Shown one piece after another: positions 18,620 to 28,861 of a stretch of 64,000 nucleotides of DNA; within the stretch, counting starts at the first letter, position 1; each line of letters begins with the position of its first letter. The position numbers and the translations under genes were made by a program. The notes below the pieces were generated by a model. That model was not told the origin of the DNA, made no database searches, and saw only the letters and a list, made by a program, of their open reading frames with translations. The DNA lies in contig OY771506.1 of the NCBI GenBank assembly GCA_963674705.1, forward strand, positions 2,912,001 to 2,976,000, written 5' to 3'. This stretch comes from Phycisphaeraceae bacterium (lineage in GTDB: Bacteria; Planctomycetota; Phycisphaerae; Phycisphaerales; Phycisphaeraceae).

Positions 18620-20167
18620 TTACGCGGCTTGTGGTTGTAGTCGGCGGGTGTTGAGGGCTGAGCGGAAGTGTGTCCAGAGGCTTGTCGTGCCGACGTAGAA
18701 GTAGCCGGTGGCGAAGAGGCAGAGGAAGGGGAGGCTGACAGCGCGGTGGCCGGTGTGCAGGGACAGCCAGAGGCACAGCAGCATGTACGCTCCCATCGCC
18801 AGTTCGAGCAGGCAGACGGGGCGTTTGATTTGCGGGATGTGGATGATGCGGTCCGTCTTTGCGGTGTTGTATTTAGGTGTGCGGATGAAGGGTGAATCGT
18901 GGCCGATGAGCGCTTCGATACAGGCGATGGCGTTGTTGAGTGCGATGCCGATGGTGATTGCCATGAGGAAAGGGATCTGCACTATGGTTGATAGTATGCT
19001 GCGTTTGAGGACTTTCTGGCTTGCGATGTAGAAGACACTGGCGGAGACGGTGCCGAGGCAGAACAGGCTCATGCCCAGGATCAAACCGAGCCAGGCGCTG
19101 TTGCCCGCAGCTTTAACGTTGAGCGAGATCACTGGAAAAAATAGCAGCGCGAGCAGTGTGACATATAGGTGTACCATCGGCCCGGTGAGGTGGAAGAACG
19201 CTTCGAGCTTGATCTTCTTTGAGACATTGGCGCGCATTAATGTGGGCAGGAGTTTTAGCGCGGTCTGGATCGAGCCTTTGGTCCAGCGGTGTTGCTGGCT
19301 TTTGAAGGCGTTGATTTCGGGCGGCAGTTCGGCGGGGCATTCAACCCAAGGCAGGAACAGAAAGTTCCAGCCGGCAAGCTGGGCGCGGTAGGACAGGTCG
19401 ACATCTTCGGTGAGTGTGTCGTGCTGCCAGCCGCCTGCGGATTCGATGGCCTCACGGCGCCAGAGCCCGGCGGTGCCGTTGAAGTTGAACCATGCGCCGT
19501 TGCGGTTGCGTGCGGTGTGTTCGATGACGAAGTGGCCGTCGAGGAAGATGGCCTGGCCGCGTGTGAGCAGCGAGTCATTGCGGTTGAGGTGTGCCCAGCG
19601 CGTCTGGACCATGCCGAGGGTCGGGTCGGTGAAGTAGTGGACGGTGCGTTTGAGGAAGGAAGGGGGCGGGACGAAGTCTGCATCGAAGATAGCGATCAAC
19701 TCGCCCGTCGCGGATTGGATCGCGGCCTGAAGCGCCCCGGCTTTGTAGCCCGAGCGGTCGATGCGGTGCAGGTATTGGATGTCGATGCCCTGCTGGGCCC
19801 AGTACTCGACGCGTTGTTTGGCGGTTTCGGTGGATTCGTCTGTCGAGTCGTCGACGACCTGGATTTGGAGCCGATCGGGTGGATACTCGAGCCGGCAGGC
19901 GGCGTCGATGATGCGCTCGACGACGGTCCCTTCATTATAGATAGGCAGTTGTAGGGTCACGCGAGGCAGGTCGGCGAAGCGCTCGACCGGGCGGGGGATG
20001 GTGCGGCGGTATTTATTGAAAAGGTAGACCAGCCAGTAGCGGTGCAGGCCGTAGATCGCGATCAGGGTCATGATGGCCAGGTAGAGGCCCGTGACGACCC
20101 AGCGCAGGATGGGTGAATTCAGCCAGCCTGTGAGGTCGTTTGTTGTGGATAAGAGCAACTGGATCAT
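18620..20167 (-). CDS. GT2 processive glycosyltransferase, cellulose-synthase-like
   Basis: QLPIYNE, DDSTD, GYKAGAL, FDADF, TED, QQHRW (D,D,D,QxxRW), C-terminal TMs; start 20167 or 20188. Confidence 0.92.
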   Translation of the reverse strand: MIQLLLSTTNDLTGWLNSPILRWVVTGLYLAIMTLIAIYGLHRYWLVYLFNKYRRTIPRPVERFADLPRVTLQLPIYNEGTVVERIIDAACRLEYPPDRLQIQVVDDSTDESTETAKQRVEYWAQQGIDIQYLHRIDRSGYKAGALQAAIQSATGELIAIFDADFVPPPSFLKRTVHYFTDPTLGMVQTRWAHLNRNDSLLTRGQAIFLDGHFVIEHTARNRNGAWFNFNGTAGLWRREAIESAGGWQHDTLTEDVDLSYRAQLAGWNFLFLPWVECPAELPPEINAFKSQQHRWTKGSIQTALKLLPTLMRANVSKKIKLEAFFHLTGPMVHLYVTLLALLFFPVISLNVKAAGNSAWLGLILGMSLFCLGTVSASVFYIASQKVLKRSILSTIVQIPFLMAITIGIALNNAIACIEALIGHDSPFIRTPKYNTAKTDRIIHIPQIKRPVCLLELAMGAYMLLCLWLSLHTGHRAVSLPFLCLFATGYFYVGTTSLWTHFRSALNTRRLQPQAA

Positions 20168-20188
20168 CGGCTGATATTCATGGTGCAT

Positions 20189-20217
20189 TTATCGGACCGG
20201 GGCATTTATGAGCTTCA
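20189..20217 (-). promoter_or_regulatory. Putative sigma28 promoter for the GT2 gene
   Basis: TGAAG-N16-TCCGATAA on the minus strand. Confidence 0.5.
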
Positions 20218-20308
20218 GACAGGTCTGTTTTATGTAGATCAGCGATCTAAGCGTGGATTCTGCCCTCTCTGGTGTGTCCGGATAGTTGTTGAGCTAAGTG
20301 TCATCCCT

Positions 20309-20385
20309 TCAAGTGCTTTCGCGTGGCGGTCCGATAAAGCATCTATGGGCTTCGCTTAAGCCCAGAGGACCCGCTGCCCCGATAA
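20309..20385 (+). promoter_or_regulatory. Tandem putative sigma28 promoters for the TolB-like operon
   Basis: TCAAG-N16-TCCGATAA (20309-20337) and TTAAG-N17-CCCGATAA (20356-20385). Confidence 0.5.
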
Positions 20386-20432
20386 CGGCATAGCGGTGTT
20401 CACGACTTACGAGTTTGGAACCAAGGTGGGCC

Positions 20433-21761
20433 ATGACGTTTCGTAACCTCACGCAAATAACTGCCTTGGGCCTGTTTTTATTCGCGACGGGTGGCTGCCA
20501 TCAGTTCTACACCGGCGGATACGGGCTTAAGAGCGGCGACCGGGAAGCTGTTTTGGCATATGAAAAGGCCAAGCAGGAGCGTGCGGAACAGGTGAAAGTG
20601 GCCGAGCTTGAAGCCAAGCGGACCGGCCCAATCGACTTCCAGTCCGGCGGCCAGAACATCGAAACCGGCCCCGTCCCGCGTCCGGGCTACACAGTACAAA
20701 ACACGGCCAACAACGTGCCGATCAACCAGCGGGCGACCGGGAATCTCGGACTCTACGGTCACATCCCCAACGCCAAGCGGCCCCGCACCAGCGCCCTGGA
20801 CGGGCTGAACAACCTTAAACAGGTCACTTTCACCACCGAGGGTGCGGATTTTGATCCAGATATCGACCCGACCGGCAACTGGCTGGTCCATGCCTCGACC
20901 CGCCACCGCGTGACGTCGGACCTTTACATCAAGAGCGTGAACGGTCAGACGCTGCGGCAACTGACGGACGATCCGGGCAACGAGGTGATGCCGGCGTTCA
21001 GCCCGGACGGAACGCGGATCGCTTTTGCATCCGATCGGTCGGGTAACTGGGATATTTACATCGTCGACGTCAATGGCGGTCGGCCGGTGCAGATCACCAA
21101 CAGTCCGAGCGACGACATCCACCCGAGTTTCTCTCGCGACGGGCAGAAACTGGTTTACAGCACCTACGGCTCACAGAGCGGGCAGTGGGAGATGGTGCTG
21201 GTGGATTTGAACCATCCCGCAGACAAGCGCTTCATCAGCAACGGTTTATTCCCGAGCTGGTCGCCGACGGAAGACAAGATCGTTTTCCAGCGGGCACGTC
21301 AGCGTGGGACGCGATGGTTCAGCATCTGGACGATCGACCTGGTCAATGATGAAGCGATGGCTCCGACAGAGATCGCGGCGAGCACAAATGCGGCGGCCAT
21401 CACCCCGGACTGGAGTCCGGACGGCAAGCAGATCGTTTTCTGCACCGTGATCGATCCGGATGCAACGGAACAAGAGGGTCCGCCGCAGGCAGACATCTGG
21501 CTGGTGAATGCAGATGGATCGAACCGTGTTCGCCTGACGATGGGCCGATTCTCAAACATCCAGCCGACGTGGGCGAACTCTGGGCAGATCTACTTCACCT
21601 CCGACCGTGCGGGTGAAGGGATTGAGAATGTCTGGTCGATCAGGCCTGACCACGCCCAGCGCATGGCGATGAATCCCGTGAATCCCATGACGATGCAGGC
21701 TCATAACGAGGCTGCAGATACAGAGAGTCAAGGAACAGAGGCCATGGTGCCGACCCCATAA
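20433..21761 (+). CDS. TolB-like PD40 beta-propeller lipoprotein
   Basis: Lipobox-like ATGGC; repeats such as PAFSPDGTRIAFASDRSGNWDIY and PDWSPDGKQIVF. Confidence 0.88.
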   Translation: MTFRNLTQITALGLFLFATGGCHQFYTGGYGLKSGDREAVLAYEKAKQERAEQVKVAELEAKRTGPIDFQSGGQNIETGPVPRPGYTVQNTANNVPINQRATGNLGLYGHIPNAKRPRTSALDGLNNLKQVTFTTEGADFDPDIDPTGNWLVHASTRHRVTSDLYIKSVNGQTLRQLTDDPGNEVMPAFSPDGTRIAFASDRSGNWDIYIVDVNGGRPVQITNSPSDDIHPSFSRDGQKLVYSTYGSQSGQWEMVLVDLNHPADKRFISNGLFPSWSPTEDKIVFQRARQRGTRWFSIWTIDLVNDEAMAPTEIAASTNAAAITPDWSPDGKQIVFCTVIDPDATEQEGPPQADIWLVNADGSNRVRLTMGRFSNIQPTWANSGQIYFTSDRAGEGIENVWSIRPDHAQRMAMNPVNPMTMQAHNEAADTESQGTEAMVPTP

Positions 21762-21893
21762 GGACCGATTTGTTGCTTTGCCCCTGGGTATCCCCGGATA
21801 CGCCGGAGGTCTTCGGACCTCCGAAGTGAGGCGAGCGGAAACTGAATAGAACCCCGGCAGCGGAGGCTGCTGGAAAACTCACGGCAGGACGCC

Positions 21894-22646
21894 ATGAAAA
21901 GTGAACAGGCCATGTGGATGGTAGTGGCGCTAGCCGTGTTAGCGGTTGGCTGTCAGTACCGAGGCGTCAAGAAGACCGAAGGCTTAAGCGCCCCTTACGA
22001 GGAGCGGCAGGTCTGGGCGGTGGCTCCGTTACGTAACGAATCCGGCAGCTTGTATGCCGACGGCTTGCGTACCGCGGACAAACTCGCCCAGCGGCTGGAG
22101 ACGGTCGTCGGCGTGGACACGATCCCGGTGAATCGGGTGCTTGCAGCGATGCAGGCCCAGCAGATGTCGGCTGTGACCAGTGCGGATGATGTGTTTCACT
22201 TACGCGAGCTTTTGGGCGTTGATGCGATCGTGATCGGGTCGATCACGGATTACGATCCGTACGATCCGCCGAAACTCGGGCTGACCATCGAGCTGTACTT
22301 CAATCCAAAACGGGTTCAGGCGAACGCAACGAATCTGCGTAAGCTGGTCACCGCCCCGACGGGCGATTCGACCGTGCCCGCCGAACCCGCCCGCCCGTCT
22401 CCGCCGGTCAGCGTCGTATCCGGTTTCTACGATGCCGCCGATCCGGGCGTGCATGAACTACTTGTTGAATACGCCGAAGCCAGGGACGACGCGGTGCGTG
22501 ACGATCCGGCTCGCGGCTGGCGCCTCTACCAACTGGACATGGACCTGTACACCGAGTTTGTGACTTACTTGGTGAGTCGGCAATTATTGCGGGTCGAAGA
22601 ACAACGACTCGCACCACCGCCGCTCGCCGCAGAACCCGCGACCTGA
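21894..22646 (+). CDS. Hypothetical lipoprotein (possibly TolB-N/CsgG-like fold)
   Basis: LAVGC lipobox; WAVAPLRNESG; LGVDAIVIGSITDYDPY. Confidence 0.75.
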   Translation: MKSEQAMWMVVALAVLAVGCQYRGVKKTEGLSAPYEERQVWAVAPLRNESGSLYADGLRTADKLAQRLETVVGVDTIPVNRVLAAMQAQQMSAVTSADDVFHLRELLGVDAIVIGSITDYDPYDPPKLGLTIELYFNPKRVQANATNLRKLVTAPTGDSTVPAEPARPSPPVSVVSGFYDAADPGVHELLVEYAEARDDAVRDDPARGWRLYQLDMDLYTEFVTYLVSRQLLRVEEQRLAPPPLAAEPAT

Positions 22647-22693
22647 CGGGTCGGCACGTAGCCGATCCCGAAGCGGGATCGAGAGCGTGCCGT

Positions 22694-22990
22694 ATGTCAG
22701 AACCCATTGAAGACAACCAGACGGGCCCGGGCCCAAGCCTGCACGAGCAGGTCGCCGCCGACGGCGGCCGAGAACTGCTGCTGATCAAGCACGGTCAGCG
22801 TTACGTGTTCCGATGCGCGCACGGCCAGGAGCCGCAACTGCTCGATCAGATCATCGAAATGGCGCGTGATCCGGAGTCGGACATCCAGTGGTTCGACGCG
22901 GCGATGTTGTCGCATCAACTCGGCTCACGCATCGCGGATCAACTCAACCGTGTCAAGCAAACACATGACCCGTTAGGGCTTAACGAATAA
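22694..22990 (+). CDS. Small hypothetical protein
   Basis: 98-aa ORF, host-like codon usage, operon position. Confidence 0.75.
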   Translation: MSEPIEDNQTGPGPSLHEQVAADGGRELLLIKHGQRYVFRCAHGQEPQLLDQIIEMARDPESDIQWFDAAMLSHQLGSRIADQLNRVKQTHDPLGLNE

Positions 22991-23085
22991 CCCAAAACCA
23001 TGATGCGGGCGTGATGTCCGCAAACTGTCCGAGAAAACGTGCGGTGTGACAGCCGCAACGGCCGATGAATAAAGAGGAAACGACC

Positions 23086-24066
23086 ATGGCAGCACAAAAT
23101 CAAACTATCGAACAGTTCGTCAATTACCTGCGGTATGAAAGGCACTTCAGCCCGTATACCGCCCGCTGCTACGGCGCGGACCTCCGACAGTATGCCGAGT
23201 TCCTCAACGGCGACGCTCCGGGCCAGCAGCCTGACCCGAACATGCAGCCCGGTGAGAACACTATCGAACGGCTCGAACAGCGTTTGAAGAACGCAGACGC
23301 CATGATCATCCGCAGCTTCCTGACACACTTGGACGGCTTCGGCTATTCACCGGCAACCACCGCACGCAAGATCGCGACGCTCCGCAGCTTCTACAAATGG
23401 CTGCTGAAGCGCGGCGAGTGCACGACCAACCCGATGCTGCTGATCCGCACACCCAAGCAGACCAAGCGCCTGCCCAAAGCCATCACCGTCGAGCAGGTCG
23501 AAAAACTGCTCAGCGCTCCGGACAACCGCGACACGCTCGGCGCCCGTGACCGTGCGATCCTCGAAACGCTTTACTCCACCGGCGTCCGCGTCAGCGAACT
23601 GGTCGACCTCAACCGTAACGACCTGGACCAGACAGGCCAGACTTTGAACATCCGTGGCAAGGGCAAGAAAGAACGCATCGTGCCGCTTGGTTCGCACGCC
23701 ATCGCCGCCATCCGTCACTACCTGACGCTGCTCGAGCCCGATCAGCGTTTCACCGCACTGCGTCAGCAGTCGATGTCGGATCCGGCGATCCCGCTGTTCG
23801 TCAATAAGAACGGTGGCCGGCTCTCGACCCGTTCGGTGCGTCGTAAGCTCGATAAGTATCTCAAGACCTGCGGCCTCGACGCGACGATCAGCCCGCATAC
23901 CTTGCGTCACAGTTTTGCGACCCACTTGTTGGACAATGGCGCCGACCTGCGCAGTGTCCAGGAACTGCTCGGCCACCAGTCGCTCTCGACCACGCAGATC
24001 TACACCCACCTGTCGAGCATGCGACTCCGCACAGCCTACGATGAGGCACACCCCCGCGCTGTGTGA
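23086..24066 (+). CDS. xerC: Tyrosine recombinase XerC
   Basis: ERHFSPYT, LYSTGVRVSEL, GKGKKERIVP, HTLRHSFATHLL, LLGHQSLSTTQIYTH. Confidence 0.88.
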   Translation: MAAQNQTIEQFVNYLRYERHFSPYTARCYGADLRQYAEFLNGDAPGQQPDPNMQPGENTIERLEQRLKNADAMIIRSFLTHLDGFGYSPATTARKIATLRSFYKWLLKRGECTTNPMLLIRTPKQTKRLPKAITVEQVEKLLSAPDNRDTLGARDRAILETLYSTGVRVSELVDLNRNDLDQTGQTLNIRGKGKKERIVPLGSHAIAAIRHYLTLLEPDQRFTALRQQSMSDPAIPLFVNKNGGRLSTRSVRRKLDKYLKTCGLDATISPHTLRHSFATHLLDNGADLRSVQELLGHQSLSTTQIYTHLSSMRLRTAYDEAHPRAV

Positions 24067-24112
24067 TGAGGGCACGAGCCAGATGGACCCGGGGAACAGG
24101 TCGGACAAACAC

Positions 24113-24148
24113 AACGCCCACGCACGGAGGTGTGGGCGTTTTTTATTT
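24113..24148 (+). terminator. Intrinsic terminator after xerC
   Basis: AACGCCCAC..GTGGGCGTT hairpin followed by T-rich tail. Confidence 0.8.
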
Positions 24149-24159
24149 AGAGCATTAGC

Positions 24160-24405
24160 CGGGGAAAGCAGAAAGCAGGAAACGCAGAAAATTAAGACAA
24201 CTGCTTTGTACGATTTTCCGATACCCGATACCCGATACCCGATACCCGAGAAGATACCCGGCCCTTCGCTTCGCTCAGAACCGGCGTTGGGGGGAAGAAA
24301 GCCATTAGCCTATAGCGATTAGCCATTAGCAATACAATTTCCACACCCCACACCCGATAACCATCCCCCTGAAACTCACACACGTAACCTGATACCCTAT
24401 TACCC
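24160..24405. repeat. Composite intergenic repeat mosaic
   Basis: GAAAGCAG units, (ATACCCG)x4, hairpin repeat 24254-24289, GCCATTA heptamers, C-rich heptamers up to the lnt ATG. Confidence 0.88.
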
Positions 24406-26193
24406 ATGGCCGCATCCGTGGAACATCCGACAACTGTGGCCCTGCCCCGGACCGGGATCCGGTCTGTTTCGGTCCACCTGATACTCACGGCGATCAGCAT
24501 GTTGTTGCTGATGTTTTCCTTTGCGCCGTGGGGGTGGTGGTGGCTGGCGTACTTTGCACTGGTTCCGGCGGGGATGCTGGCGGCGCGGGCGTCGAGCGCC
24601 AAGCGGCTGCTTTGGACGAGTTTCGCGGTGTTCTGGGTGGGCTGGCTGGTGATGATCCAGTGGATCATCCCGATCTCGTACTTCGCGTATGCCGCGTTAT
24701 CCGCGTTGATGGCGTTTTACTGGGCGCTTGCGCTGGTGCTGACGCATCAACTGCATCATCGGTATCGCTGCGCGATGGTGGTGCTGTTGCCGATGGCGTG
24801 GGTGGCAAGCGAATGGGTGCGGGGGCGGTTCCTGGCGGGGGGGTTCAGTTGGTTCATGCTCGGGCATTCGCAGGCGGATTACGAGATAGGCCAGCCGGCG
24901 GGGCGGTTGATCCAGTTTGCGGATGTATTTGGTGTATTGGGTGTGAGCCTGGTGGTGGCGATGACAAGCGGGCTGGTGATTGATCTTTTGACCCGGCCGA
25001 TCATGAAGCCGACCGGCAAGGGCAAGCACAAGATGCATCCGACGGCGCGCGGATCGATCGTGCTTTGGCTGATCGTCACGGTCGGCGCTCATTTTTATGG
25101 CGAATACCGCATCGGGCAGTGGTCTGTTACATCCAGCCCCGGGCCCCGCATCGCGGTGATCCAGACGAATGTCCCACAGGACAACAAGATTTTCCGCACA
25201 CCCGAGCAGGACCTGCAGGACTGGCGCGATCTGGTGGCATTGACGCGTGAAGCGGCCGCCACCGAGCCGACGCCCGACATCATTGTCTGGCCCGAGACGA
25301 TGGTGCCCACGGCCATCAATCCCAAGGCGGTTGAATACTTCATTAAGAATGACACCGGCGGGGATGTCTATCACGAATCGATCCGACAGTTGGCGCTTCA
25401 GACGGGGTGCAACCTGCTGGTCGGGGCGGCCGCGTATGAGGGATTTGTCAGCGAAACACTGGATAACGGCGAGGTCGTTGACATTCCGTTGCCGAGATAC
25501 AACTCGGCGTATCACTACTACAGCGACGGCGAACAGGCGCCTTTGCGCTATGACAAAACACACCGCGTGCCGTTCGGAGAATACATCCCGTGGGTGGGCG
25601 CGGTGCCGCCGTTGAAGTCGCTGTTCATCAAGCTGTTTACGCCTTACACGCAGGATTATTCGTTAGGTCAGGGCGAGGCGCGGACGGTGTTTGAACTGCC
25701 GGTGATGGTTAATGCGGAATCGGAAGATGAGGCAGGCAAAGCGCCGCCGACGGTCGTGCGCGTGGTCACGCCGATCTGTTACGAGGATGCGGTCGCGCGG
25801 GATGTGCGCCGTCTGGTGTATGAATCGGACGGCAGCAAACGTGCGGACCTGATAGTGAACCTGACCAATAGTGCGTGGTATTCCGGGCACAGCCAGCAGC
25901 CGCAGCACCTGCAGATCGCGACGATCCGCTGCATCGAGAACCGCGTGCCGATGGCGCGGAGCGTGAACGGCGGGATAAGTGGGTTCATTGATTCACTGGG
26001 GCGGGTGAGTAAGCAGGTGGAGGTGGGGGGCCAGCGGCAGTGGGTGTCGGGCTTTGCGGTGGATGCGCCGCGGCTGGATGACCGAAGTACCGTGTATGGC
26101 CGATTAGGGGACGTGCCGGCGGGCTGCCTGGCACTGGTGGCGGGTCTTCTGTTTATCTGGGGTAAGATTGTGCCTCGGAAACACAGGGATTGA
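24406..26193 (+). CDS. lnt: Apolipoprotein N-acyltransferase
   Basis: Multi-TM N-half, VWPET, K.HRVPFGEYIP, PICYED, R.IENR..RSVNGGIS. Confidence 0.95.
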   Translation: MAASVEHPTTVALPRTGIRSVSVHLILTAISMLLLMFSFAPWGWWWLAYFALVPAGMLAARASSAKRLLWTSFAVFWVGWLVMIQWIIPISYFAYAALSALMAFYWALALVLTHQLHHRYRCAMVVLLPMAWVASEWVRGRFLAGGFSWFMLGHSQADYEIGQPAGRLIQFADVFGVLGVSLVVAMTSGLVIDLLTRPIMKPTGKGKHKMHPTARGSIVLWLIVTVGAHFYGEYRIGQWSVTSSPGPRIAVIQTNVPQDNKIFRTPEQDLQDWRDLVALTREAAATEPTPDIIVWPETMVPTAINPKAVEYFIKNDTGGDVYHESIRQLALQTGCNLLVGAAAYEGFVSETLDNGEVVDIPLPRYNSAYHYYSDGEQAPLRYDKTHRVPFGEYIPWVGAVPPLKSLFIKLFTPYTQDYSLGQGEARTVFELPVMVNAESEDEAGKAPPTVVRVVTPICYEDAVARDVRRLVYESDGSKRADLIVNLTNSAWYSGHSQQPQHLQIATIRCIENRVPMARSVNGGISGFIDSLGRVSKQVEVGGQRQWVSGFAVDAPRLDDRSTVYGRLGDVPAGCLALVAGLLFIWGKIVPRKHRD

Positions 26194-26280
26194 CCCAACC
26201 CGGGGCGTGTTGTCAACGTATTGCAGGCAACGTTACATAGATTTGAAAAACCCAGCGACTCAGCAAGGAGCGATGGACTG

Positions 26281-27429
26281 ATGCGAAACGACGACTCCCG
26301 AACAAACAAGCAACTTCTGTTACGAACGGTTCTGGCGGTACTGGTCAGTGTCTGTTGTGTATTGAGCGTATCCCGCGCCGCAGAGCATGAATCGGCTGAG
26401 TCGATCCCCACGCTAGTGGAGTTGAAGGCTGAAGCGATCCGGCAGGTGCAGATCGCGGCGCGTGACGAAGACCCGTTCCTGCGTGCCAACGCAATCGAAG
26501 CGATGCAGAGTGTGCCTGACCGTGCGTTGCCTGTGGCGCAGCTTGGTATTGATGATGAACACCCGGCGGTGCGGTTCACGGCGCTGGTAACGATCGGCAA
26601 GATGCGGTTGCGTGAGCTTGGACCGGCGTCGCTTCGGCTCCTGAATGATCCGGACCCGTCGGTGCGTGCCGCGGCGATGTTCGCGGCGCGGCGCTGCGGC
26701 GAAGAGGCGGACATCAGCGAGATGGCGGAAATGCTCGCTTCGCCGAACCCGTCTGTGCGTGGCAACGTGGTGATGCTGCTTGGGATGATGGGGGACCCCA
26801 GCGCGCTGCCGATGATCGAGGCGCAGGCGAAGGTGCCGATGTCGGATCAGCGGGTGAACAAAGTTCGTCGGGCGCTGGTGCACGTGCAGTTTGCCGAGGC
26901 CCAAGCCATGCTGGGGGACCCGGAGGCGATCAGCCCGCTGCGTGCGGCGATGTATTCGGAGTTCGGCGAGGTGCGTGTGATGGCGGTAACGATGCTGGGT
27001 CGGCTTCGGGACGTGTCGGTGGAGGGCGGTTTGATGGCGATGGTGGAGCGGTCGAACCAGCCGATCGAGCTGAAGCTGGCGGCGGCGGAGGCGGTATCGC
27101 ACTTCGGCGGCCGGGCGACGATCAAGCTGCTTCTGGAGAAGTCGGGCTTCGTGATGGAGTGCTGCCGGTCTGAAAACCCGGTTTTACGCAGCCAGGCGGT
27201 GATAACGCTGGGCTCGCTGGACAGTGCCCGGCGGCGGGTCTACCAGGAATTGCTGCCCTCAGACCCGCCGACGGTCTGGCGGCTGTTTGAAAATCGGGCG
27301 ATGGTGGGCGAGATGGCCCGGCTGCTGGAGGACCCGCATCCGCAGGTGCGTCTGTCGGCTGCAGCGGCGATTTTACGGGACCTTCAGGCCAACCCGCAGG
27401 CCCCAGCCCGGGCGGTGGCGGCCGAGTAG
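26281..27429 (+). CDS. Exported HEAT-repeat protein
   Basis: Signal-like segment; repeated LLxDxxPxVRxxA. Confidence 0.85.
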   Translation: MRNDDSRTNKQLLLRTVLAVLVSVCCVLSVSRAAEHESAESIPTLVELKAEAIRQVQIAARDEDPFLRANAIEAMQSVPDRALPVAQLGIDDEHPAVRFTALVTIGKMRLRELGPASLRLLNDPDPSVRAAAMFAARRCGEEADISEMAEMLASPNPSVRGNVVMLLGMMGDPSALPMIEAQAKVPMSDQRVNKVRRALVHVQFAEAQAMLGDPEAISPLRAAMYSEFGEVRVMAVTMLGRLRDVSVEGGLMAMVERSNQPIELKLAAAEAVSHFGGRATIKLLLEKSGFVMECCRSENPVLRSQAVITLGSLDSARRRVYQELLPSDPPTVWRLFENRAMVGEMARLLEDPHPQVRLSAAAAILRDLQANPQAPARAVAAE

Positions 27430-27549
27430 CCGCAAGGTTGACAAGCCCAGTCCCATCAGTAGATAATGACGTTCCGAGTGAGGCGTCCTGCACACCTCAT
27501 TCCCGTGCCTAATGTGTGTTCCCAATTCTCGCTTTGAGAGGATGTACCC

Positions 27550-28422
27550 TTGAGTCCGCTGACCAAAGCCTTCGTCGTGCTGGTAACCGTCCTGTCTGTT
27601 CTTTTGGTTGCACTGGTGGTGCCTTTTGTCGCTAAGACGGAAAACTCCTCCGCTACCATCAAACAGCTTCAAACCGACCTGAATGTGGCAAAGGGCCAAG
27701 CCTCCGCACTCCAGGCCGAGATTGATGCAGTCCGCCAAGGCATCTCCGAGGAATCGGCGTTGCTCAATCAGCGGGTGGTTACGATGACCAAGGAAATGAG
27801 CGACCTGCGGACCCAGGCCGCCGAAGCCAAGGCTGAGGTACTTACCGCTAAGCGTGAGAACGAAACGCTCCAGGCCGAGCTTTCCCGCTTCTCCGCAGCG
27901 GCGGAACAGGGTTCGAACCTGCTGACGATCACCACCAGCGACCTGAAGCAGACGCGTCAGAACCTGGTCGATTCCCAGACAAAGCTCGTGCAACTGGGCG
28001 ACCGCAACAACGAACTGGAAAGCCAGCGTGACAGCCTGACCCGTCAGGTGCGTCGTCTGGGTGAGAAGATGGTCAGCCTTGAGCAGGACAACGTCGAACT
28101 GCGTGGCCTGCTGGCGAAGGTGCCCGAACAGTACCGTCAGGAAGTCAGCGCTGATGCACAGACTCAGCCGTTTGAGCCGGATGTCGCGATTGCTGGCAAG
28201 ATCACCGATGTGCAGTCCGCTGCCGGCACGACGCTGGTGCAGGTGGATGTCGGTTCCAAGGACCGTGTTGAACCCAACATGAAGTTCCTGGTTCACCGTA
28301 ATGATCAGTATGTCGGCACGTTCGTGGTTGACCGCGTTGAGACCGCTGTTGCGGCAGGCCGTATCACCCTGTCCAGCGGTGCCGTGCAGGTTGGCGACCA
28401 GATCTACGCCGGGCCTTATTGA
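27550..28422 (+). CDS. Membrane-anchored coiled-coil protein with C-terminal beta domain
   Basis: N-terminal TM, long heptad region, GKIT.V..VDVGSKD.V..MKF. Confidence 0.8.
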   Translation: MSPLTKAFVVLVTVLSVLLVALVVPFVAKTENSSATIKQLQTDLNVAKGQASALQAEIDAVRQGISEESALLNQRVVTMTKEMSDLRTQAAEAKAEVLTAKRENETLQAELSRFSAAAEQGSNLLTITTSDLKQTRQNLVDSQTKLVQLGDRNNELESQRDSLTRQVRRLGEKMVSLEQDNVELRGLLAKVPEQYRQEVSADAQTQPFEPDVAIAGKITDVQSAAGTTLVQVDVGSKDRVEPNMKFLVHRNDQYVGTFVVDRVETAVAAGRITLSSGAVQVGDQIYAGPY

Positions 28423-28509
28423 TCGAACACACGCGGGTCGAAAATCGGCCCATGCCCCTGTTAATCCTTGCCGTGACGAAGCGGTTGAAGTTTACGGAGT
28501 GAATCCACG

Positions 28510-28659
28510 ATGGCAGAATCCTCCTCAAGTGGAAGCGGCGAAAGTATCTACACCGTGTTGGTGTTTGTCACGCTCCTGGCGCTGCTGGCAGGCGTTGGTT
28601 ACGTCTGGTACCGGGGCAGTCAGGTATTCGGCGAAGCCATGTGGTTCCTGCCCAAGTAA
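28510..28659 (+). CDS. 49-aa single-TM small protein (absent from ORF track)
   Basis: MAESSSSGSGESIYTVLVFVTLLALLAGVGYVWYRGSQVFGEAMWFLPK*; GGAG at 28496-28499. Confidence 0.7.
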   Translation: MAESSSSGSGESIYTVLVFVTLLALLAGVGYVWYRGSQVFGEAMWFLPK

Positions 28660-28861
28660 TTATCTTTGGACGGCGACCGGACGATCGGCACGGATATTCC
28701 GATAAAACTGATACCTTTCGACCCGGATTTCCGATGTAATCACAAGAGAAGTGGGCGTTTAGCCCAATTCGGCCACCGCCGCACAAACCGGCGGCGATTG
28801 GTACAATTATGCCCGGACCGGATTAGACACCGTTACGTCGGGCCGACAGGGGTCGCTTCGT

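Noticed and set aside
23086..24066. Tyrosine recombinase as phage or integron integrase mobilising the cassettes
   Set aside because: Typical XerC size and motifs, host-like codon usage, no visible IntI patch, att site or adjacent tRNA
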